This document shows positions 7,470-16,733 of a stretch of 60,992 nt of DNA, in pieces; positions within the stretch are counted from its first letter, which is position 1; each line of letters starts with the position of its first letter. Source of the stretch: Candidatus Vogelbacteria bacterium RIFOXYD1_FULL_51_18. GTDB lineage: Bacteria > Patescibacteriota > Minisyncoccia > Phycocordibacterales > UBA9988. Below the pieces are notes generated by a model. That model worked only from the letters and a program-made list of their open reading frames with translations, did no database searches and was not told the DNA's origin. A program made the translations under genes and the position numbers. The stretch spans positions 1 through 60,992 of the forward strand of contig MHTL01000011.1 of assembly GCA_001823095.1 (NCBI GenBank). The letters are read 5' to 3'.

Positions 7470-7594
7470 TCACCACTTCGGCGTGCGAAAATAAGTATAG
7501 TGAAATAATTGACGTCTGTCTATTATTGTAGTACGGTGGATGCGGCATACACCAGCAGCTGCTGGTTCTGATCTTTGTAATAAGGAGAACAAGT

Positions 7595-8350
7595 ATGGAC
7601 TTAACAGAAGCACGCAAGCGCATTATCGTAGCAGTGGATGTTCCCGATCTTGATAAGGCATGGGAAATCACAGACAAGTTGGACAGTACCGGAGTGCTCT
7701 TCAAAATCGGGCTTGAGCTCATTGTACCCTTTGGCATAGGGGAAATTCTCAATCGGTTGACAACCGACCAAATTGAGAATGATCGTTTCTTCATTGACGC
7801 TAAACTCTGCGACATCCCAAACACTGTCGGCGCCGCAGCACGGCAGATTGCCATGTGCGATGTGGGCATGTTTAACGTCCACGCAAGCGCGGGAGCGGAC
7901 GCAATGGCCGTGGCAGTGCAGAATCGCGGAGTCTCTAAGGTATTGGCCGTAACCATACTCACCTCGCTCTCAAACGAGCAGTGCAAGGAGATCTACGGCA
8001 ACGAGCCGAACGACGCGGTACTGCTCCTCGCCCTCTTAGCGCACACAGCGGGAGTGCAAGGGCTCATCTGCTCTCCCAAGGAGCTCACCATGCTCCATGA
8101 ACACCGTGTAGCAGAAGATATGCTCAAGATTACTCCCGGAGTCCGTCCCACATGGGCGGCGGCAAATGATCAAAAGCGAGTGATGACGCCCGCAGAGGCA
8201 ATCCGTGCGGGTGCAACGCACTTAGTCATTGGACGTCCTATTACCAAACCGCCAGAAAGTTTAGGCGGTGAGCTGTACGAGCGAATGGAAAAAGCGGTTG
8301 ATCTCATTGCTGCAGAAATCGCCGGAGCGCCTGCGGAGGTGGTGGCATGA
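7595..8350 (+). CDS. pyrF: Orotidine-5'-phosphate decarboxylase
   Basis: IIVAVD, FKIG, DAKLCDIPNTV (DxKxxD), NVHAS, ITPGVRP, DQKRVMTP, VIGRPIT. Confidence 0.97.
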   Translation: MDLTEARKRIIVAVDVPDLDKAWEITDKLDSTGVLFKIGLELIVPFGIGEILNRLTTDQIENDRFFIDAKLCDIPNTVGAAARQIAMCDVGMFNVHASAGADAMAVAVQNRGVSKVLAVTILTSLSNEQCKEIYGNEPNDAVLLLALLAHTAGVQGLICSPKELTMLHEHRVAEDMLKITPGVRPTWAAANDQKRVMTPAEAIRAGATHLVIGRPITKPPESLGGELYERMEKAVDLIAAEIAGAPAEVVA

Positions 8351-8466
8351 ATTAAAGCAAGGAGCATCAAAACCTGATCCGCATCCTACCACTCTTAGAA
8401 GCAGTTAAAGCTGCGCAGTATGGTCCGTTTCTCCCTCTGCACCATCGGCCCTGTCCGGCACTATAG
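8347..8466 (+). pseudogene. Decayed ORF translationally coupled to pyrF (possible pyrE 5' remnant)
   Basis: GGAGGT (8335-40) + 6 nt + ATG overlapping the pyrF TGA, stop at codon 3 (TAA), then open: SKEHQNLIRILPLLEAVKAAQYGPF. Confidence 0.4.
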
Positions 8467-8486
8467 TCAGGACGGGGGTTTTTTTT
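8449..8486 (+). terminator. Intrinsic terminator after pyrF unit
   Basis: CCCTGTCC...GGACGGGG followed by a T8 run. Confidence 0.7.
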
Positions 8487-8502
8487 GTGATAGAATATGC
8501 CT

Positions 8503-9402
8503 ATGAATCAGCGAGGATTTGGGCTCATGCCCGCCATCGGCGCTGTGAGTTTTGTGATCATCTTTGTCGCGGGCTATTTTGCGGTGCGCACGCTCTCCCC
8601 GGTGTCAGCAGTTCCTGCACCTCTTACAGAGCAGAGCACAACAACAAATACTGCCGCACTGCGCACAGCGGTCAGCGGCACCATTGACCCTCGCGATATT
8701 GAGAGCGTCTTATTTACCGTTGGCGCGGCGCCCTCGGTGCGCGTAACCGTTGATACACCGACTGCCGGAGTGGTGGTGAAGGTTACCGACCCCAAGGGAG
8801 GGACCTACTCTGCGATCGCTAATACCGGCAATGCCGACAGCAAGGAGGGAGAGCGCTACATCATAGAGCGCAAACCAGACGGCACATATCGCATTACCAT
8901 TATTGCTCCAGGCGGAACAACTCCCGGCGAGTATCGTGTAACTGTTGAGAATCCAAGCGGGAGTAGCCCGGCGCCTTATACGGTTGACATTCCCGATGCG
9001 CCGGTTGTTGTGACTGATACGCAGAATGTCGGCGGGAGCAGTGCAAACATAGAGGTTTCCATTACTGTAGGGGAGACTATTGCCCTCTCGGGTTTTGTGG
9101 CAATTGCAGACGCGCAAGTGATTGCCACTATCACTGCGCCCAGCGGGACCCAAACATCGCTTTTACTTGCCGAAGAGGAGGGGAGTCTGGGCACCTACAG
9201 CGGGACCTTTAACGGCGCCACGGAGAGCGGCACCTACAGTGTTGAATACGTTATTCAAGGTGAAAACTCCGCGGAAGACGAATTTTACAAAACTTCGTAC
9301 GACCAATTTACCGTCGCCGGCGGGACCGTAACCGGTTCAGGAGGGGTAAATAAAAAATTTGACATTAACCGCGGCGATGAGATACAACTCATTGGTTACT
9401 AG
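8503..9402 (+). CDS. Pilin-like (class III signal) surface protein with Ig-like beta domains
   Basis: MNQRGF-GLMPAIGAVSFVIIFVAGYFAV then Thr/Gly/Val-rich beta repeats; start 8503 or 8497. Confidence 0.75.
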   Translation: MNQRGFGLMPAIGAVSFVIIFVAGYFAVRTLSPVSAVPAPLTEQSTTTNTAALRTAVSGTIDPRDIESVLFTVGAAPSVRVTVDTPTAGVVVKVTDPKGGTYSAIANTGNADSKEGERYIIERKPDGTYRITIIAPGGTTPGEYRVTVENPSGSSPAPYTVDIPDAPVVVTDTQNVGGSSANIEVSITVGETIALSGFVAIADAQVIATITAPSGTQTSLLLAEEEGSLGTYSGTFNGATESGTYSVEYVIQGENSAEDEFYKTSYDQFTVAGGTVTGSGGVNKKFDINRGDEIQLIGY

Positions 9403-9436
9403 AGCAAGAGGCGTTTTTCCCGTATACTACATATAT

Positions 9437-9703
9437 ATGCCGACTAAATCATGGAAGAACTGGATACTCCTTGCGGCAGGGCTCGTAACGCTCATCATGC
9501 CCTATTTGGGATTCCCGCGCGGTGTTAAAGACTTTTTCTTTGTCCTTGCCGGCTTGGCAATACTCGCGATTGCCATCAATCTCCTCTGGCCATACACAGC
9601 TCCTGCGTCCGTACGTCATCCTAAAAAACCCCGCCCGCGCCGAGAGGCGGTGCCCGAGATTACGCCGCCGATAGAAACGCCTCATGAAGAGGAGGCTCAT
9701 TAA
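9437..9703 (+). CDS. Small two-helix membrane protein
   Basis: Two hydrophobic segments around YLGFPRGVKD; TATACT 8 nt upstream of ATG 9437. Confidence 0.75.
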   Translation: MPTKSWKNWILLAAGLVTLIMPYLGFPRGVKDFFFVLAGLAILAIAINLLWPYTAPASVRHPKKPRPRREAVPEITPPIETPHEEEAH

Positions 9704-10862
9704 TCCCATCACCGGTTACGCACTCTTTCTCGCAGGGCTCGTGTTTTTTGCTGCGCTCTTATTTGTGGCGCCATGGTCCCAGTCTGCGCTAGTCTATTCC
9801 ACTGATGACGGATTTGCTATTGCCAGTACTACCCCGCCCACTCCACCAGAACCTCCCAAACCAAAACATATTGAAACACCGGAGTCCGTGAAGGCAATTT
9901 ACATGTCCAGCTGGGTGGCGGGCACGCCCTCCGTGCGCGAGGGGCTCATCAAACTTGCCGAAGAGACCGAGATCAATGCCATCATGATTGATGTGAAGGA
10001 CTATACCGGCCGCATCTCCTTTGCCGTCAACGACCCCGCGCTTGCGCGCTACGGCTCCGCCGACCCCACGCGCATCAAAGATATTGACGCGCTCATTGCG
10101 GAGCTTCACGAAAAAAATATTTACATAATTGCGCGTATTGCCGTTTTCCAAGACGACTTCCTTGCGCGCAAGCGGCCCGACCTTGCCGTCAAGCGCGCTT
10201 CCACAGGCAACATCTGGCTGGATCATAAAAAGATCGCGTGGCTGGATACCAGCGCTCCCGAGGTCTGGGATTACAGTTTTTTGGTTGCGCAGGAAGCGGT
10301 GAAGCGCGGCTTTGACGAAATAAATTTGGACTACATCCGCTTCCCCTCCGATGGAGCAGTCTCCGACACAAGCTATCCCTACTACCGCCCGAGCGAAGAG
10401 AGCAAGGCAGAAGCTGTGCGGCGCTACTACGCCTACATCGGGGAGCGCAAGGAGGAATTAGGCGTGCCCGTCTCGGGAGACCTCTTTGGCATGGTGCTCA
10501 CCGAGACCTCTGACATGAACATCGGGCAAATTTTGGAAAACGGTTTGGAATATTTCGACTATGTGGCGCCGATGATCTACCCCTCGCATTACCCGGACGG
10601 CTTTAATGGGTGGAAGAAGCCGGCAACCGTGCCCTACGAGCTTGCCAAGTATGTGCTGGATGCGGGCGTCGCGCGATCCGTTGCGGCGAGCACGACACCG
10701 GAAAAAATTCGCCCATGGCTGCAGGACTTTGACCTCGGCGCCGACTACACGGCGGAGATGGTGCGCGCGCAGATCAAGGCTACCTATGATGCAGGGCTTG
10801 ACTCATGGATGCTCTGGGCTCCCTCAAACAAATACACCCGCGCCGCCTTGCTGGAGGAGTGA
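9684..10862 (+). CDS. Putative glycoside hydrolase (DUF4015-like), N-terminal membrane anchor
   Basis: VKAIYMSSW, EINAIMIDVKDYTG, GFDEINLDYIRFP, DYVAPMIYPSHY, RPWLQDF. Confidence 0.85.
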   Translation: MKRRLINPITGYALFLAGLVFFAALLFVAPWSQSALVYSTDDGFAIASTTPPTPPEPPKPKHIETPESVKAIYMSSWVAGTPSVREGLIKLAEETEINAIMIDVKDYTGRISFAVNDPALARYGSADPTRIKDIDALIAELHEKNIYIIARIAVFQDDFLARKRPDLAVKRASTGNIWLDHKKIAWLDTSAPEVWDYSFLVAQEAVKRGFDEINLDYIRFPSDGAVSDTSYPYYRPSEESKAEAVRRYYAYIGERKEELGVPVSGDLFGMVLTETSDMNIGQILENGLEYFDYVAPMIYPSHYPDGFNGWKKPATVPYELAKYVLDAGVARSVAASTTPEKIRPWLQDFDLGADYTAEMVRAQIKATYDAGLDSWMLWAPSNKYTRAALLEE

Positions 10863-10903
10863 TGGAAGTGAGACTCGCCGCGGCGAGTCTCACTTCCATC
10901 ACT
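10858..10903. repeat. 46-bp perfect palindrome, GGAAGT...ACTTCC family
   Basis: AGTGATGGAAGTGAGACTCGCCG|CGGCGAGTCTCACTTCCATCACT at the gene stop. Confidence 0.9.
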
Positions 10904-10973
10904 TGCGCGTGCACGCTACACTTGGCGCATGGCAAAAGAACCTCTGGCAGCGCGGCTGCGGCCGAAAGGTGGC

Positions 10974-11002
10974 TTGACTTTGTATTGCAGGTTTGCTATA
11001 AT
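10974..11002 (+). promoter_or_regulatory. sigma70-type promoter for the 206-aa gene
   Basis: TTGACT-17 nt-TATAAT; leader has GATACCTTGAAAA (11010-22), a hairpin and AAGGAG. Confidence 0.8.
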
Positions 11003-11072
11003 GGTAAAAGATACCTTGAAAAGGCCCTAATTCGCGACGGCGAAGGGGTAAAAAACCAAGTAGAAGGAGCAG

Positions 11073-11693
11073 ATGATGAAAACCATCAGTCATGGTCAAA
11101 CCCGCGCTCTTGTTGGGTCGTTTCTCATTGATACGCCGTGGGACGACATCGAAGTCCCCGATGATGATGACTTTGTTCAATCTTTCATCCAACTTCGGCC
11201 AGAAGAACGCGGGAGAAAGTTTGCTGATTTCATCAGAGACAGGTTCCAGATTGTTTCCACTGCGGTTAAACATGCGGTTAAACACCTCATCAATCTCGAC
11301 ACCATCCCCTTCACCCCCAACGGCTGGAGTGTAGAGGAACACCAGGAGGGAGGAATGCTTGAGTGGAACTCCAACAAAGTCTCCCTCCACCTCTCTCCCA
11401 ACCAAGAAGGGAACATATACATTAAGGGCAACGAGCTCCGCACAGAGCTCAAGGGCAAACCTGTCTTGAATGCAAACGTTCTAGACTACCTCCTTATCCA
11501 CCAAGACCTCATCCCCGAGGAGTGGAAAGACCAGAGCATCTTCTTCTGGGGCACCATCTACTGCGGCCTGGACGGCACCCTGTTTGTCCGTTACCTCTAC
11601 TGGCACGGCGGCTGGTGGCACTGGGACTTCCTCTGGCTTGGCAGCGATTGGTTCTGCCACCGCCCGGCTCTCGTTCTCGCAAGTGGGCAATGA
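11073..11693 (+). CDS. Probable DGR-type variable protein (CLec-like C-terminus)
   Basis: C-terminus FWGTIY...LFVRYLYWHGGWWHWDFLWLGSDWFCHRPALVLAS; 11561-11680 has only 10 A in 120 nt and variable codons are NNC. Confidence 0.65.
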   Translation: MMKTISHGQTRALVGSFLIDTPWDDIEVPDDDDFVQSFIQLRPEERGRKFADFIRDRFQIVSTAVKHAVKHLINLDTIPFTPNGWSVEEHQEGGMLEWNSNKVSLHLSPNQEGNIYIKGNELRTELKGKPVLNANVLDYLLIHQDLIPEEWKDQSIFFWGTIYCGLDGTLFVRYLYWHGGWWHWDFLWLGSDWFCHRPALVLASGQ

Positions 11694-11746
11694 GAGCTTA
11701 GTACCTTACGCTTCAGCCCTTAACCCTGAACACCTAGATCTTTAGA

Positions 11747-11786
11747 CCCCGTCCGCGACACGCATGTGTTGAGATGGGGCTTTTTG
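11747..11786 (+). terminator. GC hairpin with T-tract after the 206-aa gene
   Basis: CCCCGTC...GATGGGG-CTTTTT with internal ACAC-GCAT-GTGT. Confidence 0.6.
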
Positions 11787-11872
11787 TTTGCATTTTACAT
11801 CGTCATTTTAATTTTTGATATTTCATTTTTGATTTAATATAGCCCGCAATTATGGTATAATACGCGCCAACT

Positions 11873-13618
11873 ATGGCCGACCTCCTTAAACAGGGTATGG
11901 CATATCTTGCCGAGACCGACTTTCGCGGCGCTAAGACGCGTTTTGGCATTAAAAACAGCGACCGCGCGCGGCATGTCTACGTCATCGGCAAGACCGGCAT
12001 GGGCAAGAGCACCTTGCTGGAGAACATGGCAATCCAAGATATGGCCAACGGCGAGGGGCTCGGCTTCATAGACCCTCACGGCGGCACTGCGGAAAAACTC
12101 TTGGATTACATCCCCGAGGAGCGCACCAAGGATGTGATTTACTTTGCCCCCTACGACCTTGACTACCCCATCTCCTTCAACGTGATGGAGGACGTGGGCA
12201 AGGACCAGCGCTACCTTGTGGCAAACGGGCTGATGTCCTCGTTCAAAAAAATCTGGCCCGACGTATGGAGCGCGCGCATGGAGTACATCCTCAACAACAC
12301 TCTCCTCGCGCTCCTTGAATACCCCGACTCAACCCTCCTCGGCGTCAATCGCATGTTGAGCGACAAAAATTATCGCACACAGGTAGTCAATAATATTTCA
12401 GACCCATCTGTGAAGGCTTTTTGGCTAGATGAGTTTGCTAAGTATAACGAGCGCTACATGCAGGAAGCGGGCGACGCGATTAAAAACAAAATCGGTCAGT
12501 TCACCAGTAATCCCCTCATCAGAAATATTATTGGCCAGCCCAAGTCCAGCTTTGACATCCGCGAGGTGATGGACGGGAAGAAGATTCTCATCATGAACCT
12601 CTCCAAGGGCCGCGTGGGCGAGCAGAACGCCTTTCTCCTCGGCGGCATGCTCATCACCAAGATTTATCTCGCCGCCATGAGCCGCGCCAATGCTACGACG
12701 GCGACACTCCAAGCGCTTCCATCCTTCTACCTCTTTGTAGACGAGTTCCAGTCCTTCGTCAACGACTCTTTTGCCGACATCCTTGCCGAGGCGCGCAAAT
12801 ACAAGCTCAATCTCACCATCGCGCACCAATATATTGACCAGATGCCCGAGACGGTGCAGAGCGCGGTCTTTGGCAATGTGGGCACGACCATCGCCTTCCG
12901 CGTGGGTCCCTTTGATGCCGAGAAGCTGGAAAAGATTTTCAGCCCTAAGTTTACTGAAGAGGATCTCGTTAATCTCGGCTTTGCCCAGATTTACCTCACT
13001 CTTATGATAGATGGCGTAGGCTCGCCGTCCTTCTCTGCGACCACGCTTGCGCCGATAGAAAATGCCATGCAGGAGCTCCACGCGGGACTCAAAGAGCAAA
13101 TCATCGCTTCCTCTCGCGCGCAGTACGCGCATCCGCGCGAGGAGGTGGAGAAGGCGATTACCGAGTGGCACAAGGTGGCGCTCTCCTCAATAGAGAAGGC
13201 GGATAGAGCGGGAAGGGTCAATCCGCCGGCCGGCGGACAAGGGCCAAGTAAAAAGTATCATACAGGAAGTCGGACTTCGGGGGCGGCGGAAGTCCGACTT
13301 CCGTTCCAGAAGCGCGCGACTCTCATTAAGGAGGCGGCGCAGGACCGCACGCGAGAGCTCTCCCTAGAAGCGCTCGTTGCGGCGAAGAACAAGGAGACAG
13401 TGAAAGCAACGCCACAGGCAAAAGAAGATCTCAAGTCTTTTTTGCAAGACGTTATTAAGTCAGTCCCCAAAGAAAAGAAAGAAGAAGTGCCAAGTATCAA
13501 GGATCAAGCAGACCAGAGGTCGGACTTCAAGGGCGGCGGAAGTCCGACTTCTGATTCCCAAGAAATTCCAGAAGACGAGCTCCGGCATATGCTTGAGGTA
13601 CCTAAAAGAAACGGGTAG
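11873..13618 (+). CDS. VirD4/TraG/TrwB-like (T4CP/HerA superfamily) ATPase
   Basis: Walker A IGKTGMGKS, Walker B LFVDEFQ, EARKYKL, HQYIDQ; low-complexity C-terminal tail. Confidence 0.9.
   Translation: MADLLKQGMAYLAETDFRGAKTRFGIKNSDRARHVYVIGKTGMGKSTLLENMAIQDMANGEGLGFIDPHGGTAEKLLDYIPEERTKDVIYFAPYDLDYPISFNVMEDVGKDQRYLVANGLMSSFKKIWPDVWSARMEYILNNTLLALLEYPDSTLLGVNRMLSDKNYRTQVVNNISDPSVKAFWLDEFAKYNERYMQEAGDAIKNKIGQFTSNPLIRNIIGQPKSSFDIREVMDGKKILIMNLSKGRVGEQNAFLLGGMLITKIYLAAMSRANATTATLQALPSFYLFVDEFQSFVNDSFADILAEARKYKLNLTIAHQYIDQMPETVQSAVFGNVGTTIAFRVGPFDAEKLEKIFSPKFTEEDLVNLGFAQIYLTLMIDGVGSPSFSATTLAPIENAMQELHAGLKEQIIASSRAQYAHPREEVEKAITEWHKVALSSIEKADRAGRVNPPAGGQGPSKKYHTGSRTSGAAEVRLPFQKRATLIKEAAQDRTRELSLEALVAAKNKETVKATPQAKEDLKSFLQDVIKSVPKEKKEEVPSIKDQADQRSDFKGGGSPTSDSQEIPEDELRHMLEVPKRNG
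13265..13302. repeat. GGAAGT-family palindrome inside the ATPase CDS (copy 1)
   Basis: GGAAGTCGGACTTC-10 nt-GAAGTCCGACTTCC, read as GSRTSGAAEVRLP. Confidence 0.85.
13514..13553. repeat. GGAAGT-family palindrome inside the ATPase CDS (copy 2, different frame)
   Basis: CAGAGGTCGGACTTC-10 nt-GAAGTCCGACTTCTG, read as QRSDFKGGGSPTS. Confidence 0.85.
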
Positions 13619-13627
13619 AGTGCCTGT

Positions 13628-14755
13628 ATGAGAGAGTTCCGCACGGCGCTAATTTATACCACTGCCTATCTGCCCTATATTGGCGGAGCGGAGTTGGCGC
13701 TCAAAGAGATTACCGAGCGTTGGCACAATGTGCGGGTGCTTATCGTAACGGCGCGGCTCTCGCGCACAGTGCCGCAAAGGGAGCGCATCGGCCGCGCCGA
13801 AGTCATCCGCATTGGCATCGGCATCCCACGCGTTGACAAGCTCCTCCTTGCAGTATTCGGCAAGAGGGCGGGAGAGAGGGCGCTCAAAGGGAGCGAACCA
13901 GACTGCGTATGGGCAATCATGGCAAGCTATGGCGCGCTCGCCGCGCTTGCCTACAAACGCGCGCACCCGCGTGTGTCCTTCATACTCACCTTGCAGGAAG
14001 GGGATACGCATGAGCACATTGCGCGCCGAGCGCGCTTCCTCGGCAAGCGCTTTAGAGAAATTTTTGAGCGCGCTGACGCTATTCAGGCAATTTCGCAATA
14101 CCTTGCGGACTGGGCGCGCGATATGGGCGCGACGGCTCCAATCACAGTTATCCCTAATGGAGTAGATATAGAGAAATTCAGATTTCGAAGTTGGAAGTCG
14201 GATTCGCCACAGGCGAATCCGACTTCCAAGAGTATAGAACTCATTACCACGTCTCGGCTGGTGAAGAAGAATGCAGTAGACGACATTATCCGCGCGCTCG
14301 CGCACTTGCCGGAGACAGTAACACTTGAGGTCGTAGGGGACGGAGTAGAACGAAATAATTTGAAAGTACTCACACTCTCTCTCAACCTTTCTTCCCGTGT
14401 TCATTTTGCTGGCGCTATTGCTCCTGAAGAAATTCCCTTAGCGCTCGCCCGTGCGGATATTTTTGTTCGCCCCTCACTCTCTGAAGGTTTAGGAAATTCT
14501 TTTTTGGAAGCGTTTGCCGCGGGTCTCCCCGTGATTGCCACACCTGTTGGTGGTATCCCTGATTTTCTCCGTGATGGCGAAACGGGCTGGTTTGCCGAGG
14601 TGAGGAACCCCGAGTCCATTGCCGCCTGCGTGCGCTATATTATTAATCCTGCACACGAGGAGCATGTGACACACGTTACTGCTGCCGCACGAGCACTTAT
14701 TGAGAAAGATTATACATGGGAATCTGTTATGGTGCGGATGGGAGCTATCCTGTAA
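13628..14755 (+). CDS. GT4 glycosyltransferase
   Basis: AYLPYIGGAE, IPNGVD, TTSRLVKKN, FVRPSLSEGLGNSFLEAFAAGLPVIAT. Confidence 0.95.
   Translation: MREFRTALIYTTAYLPYIGGAELALKEITERWHNVRVLIVTARLSRTVPQRERIGRAEVIRIGIGIPRVDKLLLAVFGKRAGERALKGSEPDCVWAIMASYGALAALAYKRAHPRVSFILTLQEGDTHEHIARRARFLGKRFREIFERADAIQAISQYLADWARDMGATAPITVIPNGVDIEKFRFRSWKSDSPQANPTSKSIELITTSRLVKKNAVDDIIRALAHLPETVTLEVVGDGVERNNLKVLTLSLNLSSRVHFAGAIAPEEIPLALARADIFVRPSLSEGLGNSFLEAFAAGLPVIATPVGGIPDFLRDGETGWFAEVRNPESIAACVRYIINPAHEEHVTHVTAAARALIEKDYTWESVMVRMGAIL
14191..14229. repeat. 39-bp GGAAGT-family palindrome in-frame in the GT4 interdomain linker
   Basis: TTGGAAGTCGGATTCGCC-ACA-GGCGAATCCGACTTCCAA (perfect 18-bp stem; 39 nt, a multiple of 3). 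Confidence 0.9.
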
Positions 14756-14761
14756 AACTAT

Positions 14762-15856
14762 ATGACAGGAGAAAATCGTCCACATATTGCGATCATCGGA
14801 GGAGGATTCTTTGGAGCTACCGTCGCTTATGTTCTCGCGGAAGCGGGGTATCCGGTCACCCTGTTTGAGAAACACGATGATTTACTTCAGGCCGCATCAG
14901 GAATTAATCAATTCCGTCTCCATCGTGGGTACCATTATCCACGAAGTGCTGAAACTGCGCGAGAGTGTGCTGAAGCAGAACAAATCTTTTTAGAAGAATT
15001 TCCCGGACTTGTCTCGTTTGAGAACGATCATTACTATTGTATTGCGCGTGAAGGAAGCAAGATTTCTCCTGAGGATTTTCGTGCTTTTTGCGATGCGGTT
15101 GGTCTTGAGTATGAGGAGGCACACTCCCCTGTGGTTAATCGGGAAGAGATACTCTGGAGCGTTAAGGTACGTGAAGGACTCGTCCGTATTGATGCGGCAC
15201 GTTGCTATCTACGAGAGCGTTTAGAACATTTAGGAGTTGCTCTTCGTTTCAATACGCTAGCGACGGAAGAACTTCTTCGCCCGTTTTCAAAAGTAGTGGT
15301 ATGTACTTATGCATCAAACAACCAGGTGCTTCGTACGTTATTACACGACGAGCATATTCAAGAGTATCAGTACGAACTGTGTGAAAAGATCGTGTTGGAA
15401 CTTCCCACGGAGTTTCAGCATCAGAGTGTTGTTATTATGGACGGGCCTTTTATGTGTGTTGACCCCTTTTGTGACACTCCCTACCATCTGATGGGGAATG
15501 TAGTACACGCAATCCACAGATCCTCTGTAGGCGCGTATCCAGAAATTCCCACTCACCTTGCCCAATTCATTAATAGGGGATTAGTAAACAAACCGCCGCA
15601 CTCTAATTTTCGGCACTTTATTAAATCAGCATCACAGTATTTTCCTCACGTGTACGCCGCACGTCATGTGGGTTCTATGTATACCATTCGTACGGTGCTC
15701 CCCAATCTTGATCACTCCGATGCTCGCCCGACGATTGTTGAGCCCTTAAGTGAGCGTGTGATCCGTGTGTTCTCTGGCAAGATTGGTAACTGTGTACTTG
15801 CGGCATGGCAGGTGCGAAGACTCATTACTAAGTCTGAGGGAAAGCATCCGCAATAA
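14762..15856 (+). CDS. FAD-dependent oxidoreductase
   Basis: IAIIGGGFFG...FEK; ASGINQFRLHRGYHYPRS; FSGKI near C-terminus. Confidence 0.9.
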   Translation: MTGENRPHIAIIGGGFFGATVAYVLAEAGYPVTLFEKHDDLLQAASGINQFRLHRGYHYPRSAETARECAEAEQIFLEEFPGLVSFENDHYYCIAREGSKISPEDFRAFCDAVGLEYEEAHSPVVNREEILWSVKVREGLVRIDAARCYLRERLEHLGVALRFNTLATEELLRPFSKVVVCTYASNNQVLRTLLHDEHIQEYQYELCEKIVLELPTEFQHQSVVIMDGPFMCVDPFCDTPYHLMGNVVHAIHRSSVGAYPEIPTHLAQFINRGLVNKPPHSNFRHFIKSASQYFPHVYAARHVGSMYTIRTVLPNLDHSDARPTIVEPLSERVIRVFSGKIGNCVLAAWQVRRLITKSEGKHPQ

Positions 15857-16724
15857 TTTTTGTTACGAGCGTTGCTTGTGCACCGTTTGTGATTGGCGCT
15901 TTTCGACAGTGAAGTGACTCAATAAAAGCATCACACTCTCTATCTAGAGGTACTGTCGTGCTTTCAGCAATGATCGTTGGTTCTTTTTCTTTTTCCACAC
16001 GCAAAAGACGATTTCCTTCCCATAGGTAGGTCTGCGTCTGTGTCGTAATGGTAATCGTATGTTTGGTGACAGAAGAAAGACGATTGACGAGCCCGAATGC
16101 TTTTGCGCCGCTTGGATATTCTAGTGAAAAAGTATACGCATCATGAGTGCCGAGAGTTGAAATAAGGGGATGTATCTGTGCAACCGTGGGCGTGCCGAGG
16201 AGATCGTTTGCTAAAGACACCTCATGCACGGCGAGATTCCAAATCCCGTCCTCGTGGAAGGATCCGTATTTTTCCCACGTAAAAAGGACGTTCTGTATCT
16301 GTTCCTGTGCAATTTCTGTTTTTAATTTTTGCCATAGCTCGTGATAAAGGTATATGTAGCCAACCATCAGGATTTTATTTTTTTGTTGCGCAAGTTCTGT
16401 GAGCGCCATCGCTTCGACTGGATCTTGGCAGAGTGGTTTCTCTACAAAAACGTCCTTCTCATGCTCCAGCGCTACACGAACAAGAGATGAGTGCGTGTGA
16501 ATGGGCGTTGCAATACACACGGCAGAGATGTCAACATTCTCCATGACTTCATCCACGTTGTGAGTCACGGGAATGTGCGGGTACTCGCTTTTAAGCCATT
16601 CGTCCGTCGCCGAGTCTCCGGTATGACAAATAAGCGATATCTCCGCCCGGACAGAGAATGTTTTAAGGAGGTTCTTCCCCCAACGGCCAACTCCGATGAT
16701 TGCGATTTTGTCCTTACTGTGCAT
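15828..16724 (-). CDS. Gfo/Idh/MocA-family oxidoreductase
   Basis: IAIIGVGRWG, IATPIHTH, VFVEKPL, MVGY, NLAVHE. Confidence 0.92.
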   Translation of the reverse strand: MHSKDKIAIIGVGRWGKNLLKTFSVRAEISLICHTGDSATDEWLKSEYPHIPVTHNVDEVMENVDISAVCIATPIHTHSSLVRVALEHEKDVFVEKPLCQDPVEAMALTELAQQKNKILMVGYIYLYHELWQKLKTEIAQEQIQNVLFTWEKYGSFHEDGIWNLAVHEVSLANDLLGTPTVAQIHPLISTLGTHDAYTFSLEYPSGAKAFGLVNRLSSVTKHTITITTQTQTYLWEGNRLLRVEKEKEPTIIAESTTVPLDRECDAFIESLHCRKAPITNGAQATLVTKIIADAFPQT

Positions 16725-16733
16725 AATGAATTT

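Noticed and set aside
7411-7986. 191-aa minus-strand ORF (and similar long antisense ORFs at 12425, 13649, 25813, 44864, 58421)
   Set aside because: Shadows of well-supported opposite-strand genes.
11073-13618. Complete DGR cassette
   Set aside because: No reverse transcriptase, Avd or A-rich template repeat seen in the window; only a target-like gene is claimed.
11873-13618. Conjugative element or T4SS
   Set aside because: No relaxase, VirB4 or mating-pair genes; lone VirD4-like ATPases are common in CPR chromosomes.
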